Notes under the pieces: model-generated
Told to the model about the DNA's origin: nothing
The model's database searches: none
The model's input: the letters and a program-made list of their open reading frames with translations, nothing else
Source of the DNA: Candidatus Krumholzibacteriota bacterium
GTDB lineage: Bacteria; Krumholzibacteriota; Krumholzibacteriia; JAJRXK01
Reading direction: 5' to 3'
Assembly (NCBI GenBank): GCA_963727455.1
Contig: CAVSGG010000017.1
Coordinates: forward strand, 1-64,000
DNA: 64,000 nucleotides
Part shown: in pieces, positions 56,107-64,000 of the stretch
Layout of the letters: every line of letters begins with the position of its first letter
Position numbering within the stretch: the first letter of the stretch is position 1
Translations under genes and position numbers: made by a program

Positions 56107-57129
56107 ATGGTGCGCAAGCCGGTTGTTCTGATAACGGGAGCCAACGGGGAGATCGGTCACGGACTGATCGAGAGAATGGCCGCAGACGGGAAGAAGGACG
56201 TCCTTGCGATCGATCTTCTGCCCCTCGATGACACTCTGCGTTCCTATTGCCACGATGCATTTGTGGGCAGCATCCTCGATTCCCATCTGAGTGAGCGCAT
56301 CGTCAGCCAATACGAAGTGGTGGAGATCTATCACCTGGCAGCCCTCCTCTCCACGCGAGCGGAGTTTACGCCGGAGACGGCACACCAGGTGAACGTCGAG
56401 GGCACCCTCGGGCTTCTCCAGCTCGCCCTGGAACAGTCGAGTTGGCGCGGGGAAGCGGTGAAGTTTCTCTTTCCCAGCTCCATCGCCGTCTATGGACTTC
56501 CGGACTCAAAGACCAAGAAGCGTGCGGGACGCGTGAAGGAGCACGAGTGGATCGCGCCGACCACCATGTATGGTTGTAACAAACTCTATTGCGAGGCCCT
56601 GGGCCGCTATTTTTCGCGCTACTACCGCCAGCTCGCTTCCGAGCCCGACCAACGCACCGTGGACTTTCGGAGCATTCGTTTCCCCGGACTCATTTCCGCA
56701 GTCACTCTGCCCAGCGGAGGAACCAGCGATTTTGCCCCGGAGATGCTCCACGCCGCCGCGAAGGGCGAACCCTACGCGTGCTTCGTGCGCGAAGATACGC
56801 AAATTCCCTTCATGGCCATGCCCGACGCGGTCGACGCCATCCTGAGCCTGACGGAGGCTCCGCGGGAGAGTCTGCGGCATTCGGTGTACAACATCGGCTC
56901 CTTCGCGCTCACGGCCGGCGAACTGGCCGCGACGGTGCGCAAGCACTACGCGGGCGCGGACATCAGCTTCGCCCCCGACCTGAAGCGACAGGGGATCGTG
57001 GATACCTGGCCCATGGACGTCAACGACGACGCGGCGCGCGAGGACTGGGGTTTCTCGCCCCGCTACGATCTCGATCGAGCGTTCACCGAATATCTCGTTC
57101 CCGCGATGCGCGAGCGCTACGCGGGCTGA
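56107..57129 (+). CDS. SDR-type L-threonine 3-dehydrogenase (NAD-dependent epimerase family)
   Basis: 'ITGANGEIG', 'YHLAALLS', 'PSSIAVYG', 'PTTMYGCNK', 'DFRSIRFPGLIS...GGTSD'. Confidence 0.85.
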   Translation: MVRKPVVLITGANGEIGHGLIERMAADGKKDVLAIDLLPLDDTLRSYCHDAFVGSILDSHLSERIVSQYEVVEIYHLAALLSTRAEFTPETAHQVNVEGTLGLLQLALEQSSWRGEAVKFLFPSSIAVYGLPDSKTKKRAGRVKEHEWIAPTTMYGCNKLYCEALGRYFSRYYRQLASEPDQRTVDFRSIRFPGLISAVTLPSGGTSDFAPEMLHAAAKGEPYACFVREDTQIPFMAMPDAVDAILSLTEAPRESLRHSVYNIGSFALTAGELAATVRKHYAGADISFAPDLKRQGIVDTWPMDVNDDAAREDWGFSPRYDLDRAFTEYLVPAMRERYAG

Positions 57130-57242
57130 GATCCCAGCACGAGAACTCGAAACTGTCGCCCGGCCTTTCCGCTGCCTACTTTGGAGCGCGCGCGAGTGCG
57201 CCCCTTGAGCATCGTATTGGAAGATTCGCCAGGAGGAATGTG

Positions 57243-58715
57243 ATGAGTGTCTCGGTCTTCGAGAAACTAAAGCCCGCTCTCATTTGGAAACACTTCGAAG
57301 CTCTGACGAGCATTCGGCGCCCCTCCGGCGAAGAGGAGCAAGCGCAGGAATATGTACGGAATTGGGCCCGGGAACATGACTTCGCGCTGCAGGAAGATGC
57401 CACCGGCAATCTGGTGGTGAGGGTGCCGGCGAGCCCGGGCAAGGAGAAGGCCCCGGTGGTGATCATCCAGGGTCATCTCGACATGGTCTGCGAGCGAAAT
57501 TCGGACAGCCCCTACGATTCCTTCGCGGGCAAGCTCCATCTCTTGCGCGAGGACGACTGGATCACGGCGGACGGCACCACACTGGGCGCCGACAACGGTA
57601 TCGGTGTTTGTGCGGGGATGGCAGTGGCGGAGGACCCCGCGGTCGAGCACGGTCCGCTCGAATTGCTGTACACCATCGACGAAGAGACGGGAATGACGGG
57701 CGCGCGGGGACTCTCGACCGAGATTTTGAGCGGTAAGCTGATGCTCAACCTGGATTCGGAAGACGACGACCTGATCTTCGTGGGTTGCTCGGGCGGGAAG
57801 GACACGCAGTATCGTTTGCCCATTACCCGCGAAAAAGTGCCCGCAGGACAGCTGGCAAGAAAGCTGAGCATCGCCGGGCTCAACGGCGGGCACTCCGGCT
57901 TGGATATCAACCGCAATCGCCTGAATGCGATCAAGGCCCTCGTCCAAATCCTCCACGAAAGTAGCAAGAGCGCAGCGTTCGAGTTAATACACATCGAAGG
58001 CGGTAAGATGCGCAACGCCATACCACGCGAAGCGCATGCCCTCCTCGCGCTGGATGCAGCGCAGGAAAATTCCCTGCGGCAAGCGGTGGAGACGGCGGCC
58101 ACTGAGCTGCGCGGGCAGTACGAGAAACTCGAGCCCGGCTTCGGCGTGCAGTTGGAGATGGTGGGCGAAGAGCTTCTTCAAGAGGGAGTCCTCCCGCGTG
58201 AGCTGAAGGAGCGCTTGCTCGCATTTCTTTTGGCGATTCCTAGCGGGGTGGTGGCGATGAGCCAGGACATCGAGGGTTTGGTCGAAACCTCCACCAACCT
58301 GGGAGTGCTGAAGACCGGCGCGAAGGCAGTGGAGGCCGTATCCTGCTCGCGCTCCTCGGTGGCGCCCGCACTGAAGACGGTGCTCGGACAATTGGCCGCC
58401 ATCGCGCGCCTGGCTGGCGTGGAAATCGAGGAAGTCGGCGGCTATCCGGGATGGAAGCCGGACATGGATTCCGTCGCCCTGAAGACGGTGAAAGAGAGCT
58501 ATCAGAAGCTCTTCGGAGAGGCCCCCCAAGTCACTGCCATCCACGCGGGGCTGGAATGTGGACTCATCGGTGAGCACCTACCCGGGATCGACATGGTCTC
58601 CTTCGGTCCCTCGATCCAGGGGGCCCACTCGCCCAACGAGCGGGTGAGCATCGCCTCGGTCCAGAAGTTCTACCGGCTGTTGAGCGAAGCGCTGAAGGAA
58701 TTGGCCAAGAGCTGA
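57243..58715 (+). CDS. pepD: Aminoacyl-histidine dipeptidase (M20C)
   Basis: RBS AGGAGG. 'QGHLDMVCE', 'TTLGADNGIG', 'DEETGMTGA', 'NLDSED', 'IHAGLECG', 'HSPNER'. Confidence 0.93.
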   Translation: MSVSVFEKLKPALIWKHFEALTSIRRPSGEEEQAQEYVRNWAREHDFALQEDATGNLVVRVPASPGKEKAPVVIIQGHLDMVCERNSDSPYDSFAGKLHLLREDDWITADGTTLGADNGIGVCAGMAVAEDPAVEHGPLELLYTIDEETGMTGARGLSTEILSGKLMLNLDSEDDDLIFVGCSGGKDTQYRLPITREKVPAGQLARKLSIAGLNGGHSGLDINRNRLNAIKALVQILHESSKSAAFELIHIEGGKMRNAIPREAHALLALDAAQENSLRQAVETAATELRGQYEKLEPGFGVQLEMVGEELLQEGVLPRELKERLLAFLLAIPSGVVAMSQDIEGLVETSTNLGVLKTGAKAVEAVSCSRSSVAPALKTVLGQLAAIARLAGVEIEEVGGYPGWKPDMDSVALKTVKESYQKLFGEAPQVTAIHAGLECGLIGEHLPGIDMVSFGPSIQGAHSPNERVSIASVQKFYRLLSEALKELAKS

Positions 58716-58739
58716 GCGGCCGGCGGGCGGACGCCGTGC

Positions 58740-58776
58740 TTGATTTTTTCCATTTATGATCATATGTTCATAATTG
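58740..58776 (+). promoter_or_regulatory. Sigma-70-like promoter overlapped by a 20-bp palindromic operator
   Basis: TTGATT (58740-45), 17 nt spacer, TATGTT (58763-68). Palindrome TTATGA-T-CATATG-T-TCATAA at 58754-58773 sits in an AT-rich patch. Confidence 0.65.
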
Positions 58777-58794
58777 TCACTTTCAGGAGAGTCC

Positions 58795-59217
58795 ATGCCC
58801 CGACCGCAGTCACCCCGCCGCATTTCTGAGGAACTGGCCGCCACGGTTTTCAAGCCGCGCGGGGTGCCGGTGGGGGAGCTGGAGACCCTCGAGCTCACTC
58901 TCGATGGACTCGAGGCGCTGCGCTTGGCCGATTTGGAAGGCCTCTATCAGGAGGAAGCGGCCCGGCGCATGGGGATTTCCCGCCCGACCTTCGCCCGTAT
59001 CGTGGCCGAGGCACGGCAGATCGTGGCCAGAGCTCTGCTGGAAGGCAAGGCCCTGACCGTACAGGGGGGGACGGTAGAGCGGGGCGCGCAGAAGGCGTGG
59101 CCCTGTCCCGTCCACGGACAAAGGCGACGGCGCGGACGCGGTTGCCGTTGCGAAGCGTTGCAATCTGGAGGCAAGAGACATGGAGACAAGTCGGCGGACG
59201 GTGGCGATCGCCAGTAA
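58795..59217 (+). CDS. DUF134 domain HTH protein
   Basis: 'MPRP..PRRI', 'FKPRGVP', 'EALRLADLEGLYQEEAARRMGISRPTFARI'. Confidence 0.92.
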   Translation: MPRPQSPRRISEELAATVFKPRGVPVGELETLELTLDGLEALRLADLEGLYQEEAARRMGISRPTFARIVAEARQIVARALLEGKALTVQGGTVERGAQKAWPCPVHGQRRRRGRGCRCEALQSGGKRHGDKSADGGDRQ

Positions 59218-59566
59218 CGGCACCTTGGGACTCAAGGGCAGCGTCAGTCAGCACTTTGGTCACTGCCGCAGTTGGGTGTTCGTGGATCTCGAGGGAGACG
59301 AGATTCTCGAGGTGCGGACTCTCGCGAACCCTTTCGAGTACGAACACAGCTGTGCGGAGGTGGCGGAGTTTTTGTCCGAACAGGGAGCGAATGTAGTCTT
59401 GGCCGGAGGGCTCGGGCGCAACGCGCACGGCCATCTCCTGAGTCTTGGAATCGAGGCAGTGTCCGGATTCGGTGGTGGAGTAGAGGAGTGCTTGGGGTCG
59501 TGGTTGAGGGGAGAGACGCCGGGACCAGCCGTGTGTGAACATCACGGGCAAGGCGACCACCACTGA
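59180..59566 (+). CDS. NifB/NifX family (FeMo-cofactor-binding-like) protein
   Basis: 'VAIAS', 'VSQHFGHC', 'VVLAGGLG', His/Cys-rich tail. Confidence 0.88.
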   Translation: METSRRTVAIASNGTLGLKGSVSQHFGHCRSWVFVDLEGDEILEVRTLANPFEYEHSCAEVAEFLSEQGANVVLAGGLGRNAHGHLLSLGIEAVSGFGGGVEECLGSWLRGETPGPAVCEHHGQGDHH

Positions 59567-59579
59567 TGCTGCTGGAAGC

Positions 59580-60068
59580 TCATATGCGCTGATAGCTCCA
59601 GGAGAGTGGTTCGTCGTTTTCGTAGGGCATGTAGCCGTGGAAGCAACGCGGATCGTCGTCGAAGACCAGCGGCAAGAAATAGCGATCGCCTTTCCACATG
59701 GGCAGACTATCCAGCTCGCCCAGCTCGTACCAGGCCAGCGTGCCTTCGGCATTCTCTTGAAAGGGAGTGCCTTCGAATTCCTCGATCAAGAAGATGAAGC
59801 CGAGCCAGTCCTCGCCATTGGGACCAAATCCGGTCCAGTTGACGGTGCCCCGTAGCCGCATCTTCCGTACCTGCAAGCTGGTCTCTTCCACGATCTCTCG
59901 CCGCATGCAGCTCACCACGTCTTCGGTGGGAAGCATCTTCCCCCCGACCCCGTTGAATTTGCCGAGCTGGTCGTCGTCGGCCCGGAAAGAGCGGTGGACC
60001 AGAAGAGTTTTGCTGCGATCGGGCGAGAGAATGTAAGCCAGAGTGCCGACGATGGGGGTGTAATGCAT
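59580..60068 (-). CDS. Nudix hydrolase, 8-oxo-dGTPase (MTH1-like)
   Basis: Nudix box 'GGKMLPTEDVVSCMRREIVEETSL', 'EGTLAW', 'LPMWKGDRYFLP'. RBS AAGGAG. Confidence 0.9.
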   Translation of the reverse strand: MHYTPIVGTLAYILSPDRSKTLLVHRSFRADDDQLGKFNGVGGKMLPTEDVVSCMRREIVEETSLQVRKMRLRGTVNWTGFGPNGEDWLGFIFLIEEFEGTPFQENAEGTLAWYELGELDSLPMWKGDRYFLPLVFDDDPRCFHGYMPYENDEPLSWSYQRI

Positions 60069-60205
60069 GGAGCTCCTTCCCGAGGCAAGCACGATGCAAC
60101 CATTCGTTGGATTCGTGCGTCTTGCCATAGTAACGTGTACTGACTCCTTGATCATCGATTTTCCGCGCCCGCCCGCGGCGGCTCGCGGCTCCAGTGGAGG
60201 ATCCC

Positions 60206-61354
60206 GTGTCCAAGCGTCTTGCCCGGTGCGCCCTCGCCGCACTCGTTTTTTCCTTGAGTCTTTCTCTTTTCAGCGCCTGCGGCCACCACGGCCCCCACAA
60301 GGATGGTACGGCGGCCGAGTCCGAGGCCTCCGGGGATTCGACGCTGCAGTCCGCGAAGACCGACTCGACGGCGAAGAAGGACGAAGCCATTCCCGTCGAA
60401 ATCGGAGTACTGCGGGAGGGTCCCATGGAGGCGGTGATCAAGTCGTCGACGAACATCGAGGCGGAGAGTCACATCCAAGTGGTCTCGGAGGCTGCCCGAC
60501 GCGTACGCCAACTCCTGGCCGAAGAGGGCGATCACGTCAAAAAGGGCGAGTTGCTCCTGCGACTGCAGGACGAAGATCAACGCAGCGGCGTGGAAAAGGC
60601 AAAGTCACAACTCGAACATTCGCGCGATGAGCTCACTCGCCAACAGGAGTTGCAGAAGAAGGGACTGACCACCGATCAGGCCCTCAAGGACGCGCGTTAC
60701 ACCTTCGAGCAGAACAAGCTGGCTTACGACGACGCAATGCGCGAGCTGAGCTATACCGAGGTGCGCGCTCCGATCGCCGGGACCATTACCAAGCGCCTGG
60801 TCAGCCTGGGCGACAATGTCACCGTCGGACAGCCCCTATTCGAGATCATCGACTTCGAGTCGATGGTGGCGCGCGTTTACATTCCCGAGGACGATCTGCC
60901 TCGACTGGCTCTGGGCCAGATCGCGCGGGTGCGCGCGTCGGCCGCGCGTGAAAAGGCCTACCACGGCGTAGTTTCGAGAATCTCTCCGGTGGTGGATGCG
61001 AAGAGCGGTACCGTGAAAGTGACAATTGCGTTGGGAGAGCAACCGGGCCTGAGACCGGGGCTCTTCGTGGATCTCGACCTGATTACCGCCGTGGACCAGA
61101 GCGCTCTGAGAATGCCCAAACGCGCCCTGGTCTACGACAACGACCAGATCTTCGCTTACCGCCTGGTGGCCGAGCGAAAGGTCGAGAAACTTCCCGTGGT
61201 GCCGGGTCTCACCGGGCAGGACTACTTGCAGCCTCTCACCAATTTCGCAGAGGGAGACACGGTCGTGGTGACCGGGCAGGCGGCGCTGAAAGATGGTGCC
61301 AGAGTGCGCGTTGTCAACGCCGATGCTCTGACTGCGGAGGCCACGCAGCAGTGA
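60206..61354 (+). CDS. RND efflux periplasmic adaptor (MFP) lipoprotein
   Basis: Lipobox FSAC. 'EGDHVKKGELL', 'VRAPIAG', 'ISPVVDAKSGTVKV', 'LRPGLFV'. Confidence 0.93.
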   Translation: MSKRLARCALAALVFSLSLSLFSACGHHGPHKDGTAAESEASGDSTLQSAKTDSTAKKDEAIPVEIGVLREGPMEAVIKSSTNIEAESHIQVVSEAARRVRQLLAEEGDHVKKGELLLRLQDEDQRSGVEKAKSQLEHSRDELTRQQELQKKGLTTDQALKDARYTFEQNKLAYDDAMRELSYTEVRAPIAGTITKRLVSLGDNVTVGQPLFEIIDFESMVARVYIPEDDLPRLALGQIARVRASAAREKAYHGVVSRISPVVDAKSGTVKVTIALGEQPGLRPGLFVDLDLITAVDQSALRMPKRALVYDNDQIFAYRLVAERKVEKLPVVPGLTGQDYLQPLTNFAEGDTVVVTGQAALKDGARVRVVNADALTAEATQQ

Positions 61355-64000
61355 GTTCCAAGACGGTTCGTTCCTTTGTGACCGACCGGCCGGTAGCGGT
61401 ATTGATGCTCTTCATCGCTGCGGTCGTGTTTGGTGGATTCTCCTACGGGAGACTCGCGCTCACCTTGATGCCCGAGTTGAGCTATCCCACGCTCACGGTA
61501 CGAACAGAATATCCCGGCGCTGCCCCGGAGGAAGTGGAGAACGATATCTCCCGACCGGTAGAGGAGGCCCTGGGAGTGATCGGGGGCCTGCGCAAGATCA
61601 GCAGCGTGAGTCGCTCCGAAGTGAGCGACGTGGTGCTGGAGTTCTCCTGGGACACCAATATCAACGACGCCACCCAGTCGGTGCTCGAACGCCTCGACCT
61701 GGTCTTTCTTCCCGACGAGGCGAAACGACCCCTCATTCTGCACTTTGATCCCTCCCTGGATCCTGTGATGGAGCTGAGCCTCTCCGGCAAGGGAAAGCGC
61801 TTCGAAGGCGAGGAGGGGCTGCGCAGATTGCGCCGCCTGGCGGATTTGTACGTAAAGCGCCAGCTGGAGCCCATCAAGGGGGTCGCCGCGGTCCGGGTGA
61901 AGGGCGGTTTGGAAGAGGAGATCAACATCCTGCTCGACGAAGGTGAGCTGCGTCGCACCGGCATTCCCATTCAGCAGGTCATCGATCGTCTCGCACAGGA
62001 GAACATCAACGTGGCCGGCGGCACCATTCAGGAGGGCCGCACGGAGTACCTCGTACGCACCCTGAACGAATACGAAAACCTGGGCCAGATCGAAGATACC
62101 ATCGTGGCCAGCATCAATGGCCGCGACGTGAGAGTAAAGGATCTGGGCAAGGTCGAGTTTTCGCACAAAGAGCGGCAGATCGTAACGCACACCGACGGCA
62201 GCGAGAGCGTTCAGATCGAGATTTACAAAGAGGCCGACGCCAACATCGTATCTCTGGCGAAGAACGTGAAGTTCCTCGTGGGCAAGGTCGACCCCGAATC
62301 GGATTCCAACCGCGGACTGTCGGGACAAATCTACAAGGACGAGGGCGCGCTACTCAAAGTCGTGGCCGACCGCTCCGTGTTCATCGAGAGCTCGATCAAA
62401 GAGCTACGAAACACAGCGCTGCTCGGTGGACTCCTGGCAATCTTCGTCCTCTACCTCTTCCTGCGGGAGTTCCGGAGCACTGCGATCATCGCCGTCAGCA
62501 TTCCGATCTCACTCTTGGTTACTTTCGCTCCCATGCACCTCTTCGGGGTGTCGCTCAACATCATGTCCCTAGGTGGGCTCGCCTTGGGGATAGGGATGTT
62601 GGTGGACTCGTCCATCGTCGTGCTGGAATCGATCCATCGCTGCCGGCAGGAAGGGGACGACTTTGTTCCGGCCGCAGTGCGAGGAACCCAGGAAGTGCGT
62701 TCCGCGGTATGGGCATCGACCCTCACCTCGATCGCGGTATTCTTCCCCATGGTATTCGTGCAGGGAGTTGCCGGGCAGGCTTTCGGCGATCTCGGATTGG
62801 CGGTAGTGGCGTCCCTCTTGGCCTCGGCGGCGGTGGCACTTTACCTCATTCCCATGCTGGCCAGCCGCAGCGGAGTCAAGGTGGAGGAACTCAGCGCCAA
62901 CGATCTGGGGCTTGCCCGCTTCGTCAGCTTCAGGAGATTCAAGAGCGCGTTCCGCGATCGCTCGCCGCGCGCGCGCATTCTGCTCATCGCAACGTTGCTC
63001 CCCGCCCTGTACTTCCTGCTACGTCTCTTGGTGGGAATTCTGCTCGAGCTCGTCGGAAAGCTCTTCTTGATCCTGTTCATGCTGGTGGTGGGCATCCTGC
63101 GGCGCATCTTGTGGCCGCTCGGCGCCCGCGTGCTCCACCTGGTCTTGTTCTTGTTCTTGAAAGCCACGAATGTCGGTCTGGGATGGCTACAGAGAGTGTA
63201 TCCCCCCGCCCTGCGCTGGATCCTGGCCAACCCGAGCATCACCATCGTCTTCATGTTGGCCGCCCTGGGAACGACGATTCTCGTGGGCGCTTCTCTCGAC
63301 AACGAGTTGTTGCCCCAGGTTCACCAGGGTGAATTCACGGTCGAGGTCAAGCTTCCGGTGGGTACCCCCCTGCAGGAGACCATGGCGCGGCTGGAGCCGG
63401 TGGAGAATGCCATCCTCACCAACAAGAAGGGGATCGAATCCCTGATCGTCACCTATGGCTACGATCCGGCGCAATCGGAAGAGTCGGACGAAGGGGAGCA
63501 CACCGCAAAGTTCAAGGTTCTGCTCGCCAAGGGCTCACGCGGGGCCAAGTCCGAGGAGAGGATCATCAAGAGCCTCAGAGCGCGCTTGGCGGATCTGCCC
63601 GACGTCAACGCACAGATCACGCGCCCAGTTCTGTTTTCCTCGAAGACCCCGGTCGAAGTGGAGATTTACGGTGACGATCTCGTCGAGCTTCGGCGCATGT
63701 CCGAGCGCGTGGGCAATGTCATGGCTGCGATGCCCGCTCTTGCCGATGTCGAAGCCACTCTGCAGAGCGGCGCGCCGGAAATCCAGGTCGTCTACGACCG
63801 CGATCGTCTGTCCCGCTTCGGTTTGAACATTCTGAAAGTCGCGCAGATGGTGCGCGACAAGGTTCAGGGACACGAGGCCACGCGTTTCAACCTCCTCGAC
63901 CGGCGCGTACCCATCTTGGTGCGCTTGGACGAGCGAGAACGAGAAACCGTCAGTGACGTGGAAGGTCTCGTCGTCAATCCGGAAGGCGAGCGCCCCATCA
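61351..64000 (+). CDS. RND efflux permease, AcrB family (partial, runs off the window)
   Basis: Translated by hand from GTG 61351: 'RPVAVLM...YPGAAPEEVE', 'LNIMSLGGLALGIGMLVDSSIVVLE', 'STLTSIAVFFP'. GTGA overlap with the MFP gene. Confidence 0.93.
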   Translation, partial: MSSKTVRSFVTDRPVAVLMLFIAAVVFGGFSYGRLALTLMPELSYPTLTVRTEYPGAAPEEVENDISRPVEEALGVIGGLRKISSVSRSEVSDVVLEFSWDTNINDATQSVLERLDLVFLPDEAKRPLILHFDPSLDPVMELSLSGKGKRFEGEEGLRRLRRLADLYVKRQLEPIKGVAAVRVKGGLEEEINILLDEGELRRTGIPIQQVIDRLAQENINVAGGTIQEGRTEYLVRTLNEYENLGQIEDTIVASINGRDVRVKDLGKVEFSHKERQIVTHTDGSESVQIEIYKEADANIVSLAKNVKFLVGKVDPESDSNRGLSGQIYKDEGALLKVVADRSVFIESSIKELRNTALLGGLLAIFVLYLFLREFRSTAIIAVSIPISLLVTFAPMHLFGVSLNIMSLGGLALGIGMLVDSSIVVLESIHRCRQEGDDFVPAAVRGTQEVRSAVWASTLTSIAVFFPMVFVQGVAGQAFGDLGLAVVASLLASAAVALYLIPMLASRSGVKVEELSANDLGLARFVSFRRFKSAFRDRSPRARILLIATLLPALYFLLRLLVGILLELVGKLFLILFMLVVGILRRILWPLGARVLHLVLFLFLKATNVGLGWLQRVYPPALRWILANPSITIVFMLAALGTTILVGASLDNELLPQVHQGEFTVEVKLPVGTPLQETMARLEPVENAILTNKKGIESLIVTYGYDPAQSEESDEGEHTAKFKVLLAKGSRGAKSEERIIKSLRARLADLPDVNAQITRPVLFSSKTPVEVEIYGDDLVELRRMSERVGNVMAAMPALADVEATLQSGAPEIQVVYDRDRLSRFGLNILKVAQMVRDKVQGHEATRFNLLDRRVPILVRLDERERETVSDVEGLVVNPEGERPI

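Noticed and set aside
56589-57242. Apparent 218-aa N-terminal extension of PepD
   Set aside because: It overlaps threonine dehydrogenase in another frame. A strong RBS sits before ATG 57243.
1-64000. tRNA, rRNA, CRISPR arrays, IS elements, prophage genes
   Set aside because: By eye I found no T-loop/cloverleaf, regular repeat-spacer pattern, transposase, integrase or phage structural motifs.

Overview
GC-rich bacterial chromosomal window with about 62 CDS. I found no rRNA, tRNA, CRISPR array, integrase or transposase. A PorV-like barrel, a gingipain-like C25 protein, a PNPFNP/FlgD-Ig tail and C-terminal 'SWGxLKxxY/F' tails suggest an FCB-related candidate phylum such as Krumholzibacteriota, Eisenbacteria or Latescibacterota (inference, no search run). 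Layout: (1) 0.1-21 kb is a run of small accessory genes, mostly on the + strand (GNATs, hemerythrin, DJ-1, NmrA, mddA, GT39). It includes a serine hydrolase broken by an apparent microhomology deletion and three paralogous Cys-rich secreted proteins. (2) 21-30.6 kb is a coupled minus-strand cassette: outer-membrane barrel, ~1900-aa TANFOR-type protein, FN3 protein. (3) 30.7-47 kb holds housekeeping, transport and envelope genes plus an ECF/anti-sigma/PDZ operon. (4) 49-56 kb is the best candidate for an undescribed system. An ECF sigma factor fused to a Zn-less anti-sigma domain, a TM helix and TPRs faces an operon encoding an apparently exported TPR-CHAT caspase-like protease, an orphan protein and a degenerate subtilase. 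(5) 56-64 kb encodes threonine dehydrogenase, PepD, DUF134/NifX with a palindromic operator, a Nudix hydrolase and an RND pump that runs off the window. All family calls come from motif recognition by eye. Start codons were adjusted using RBS and overlap evidence and are approximate where stated.
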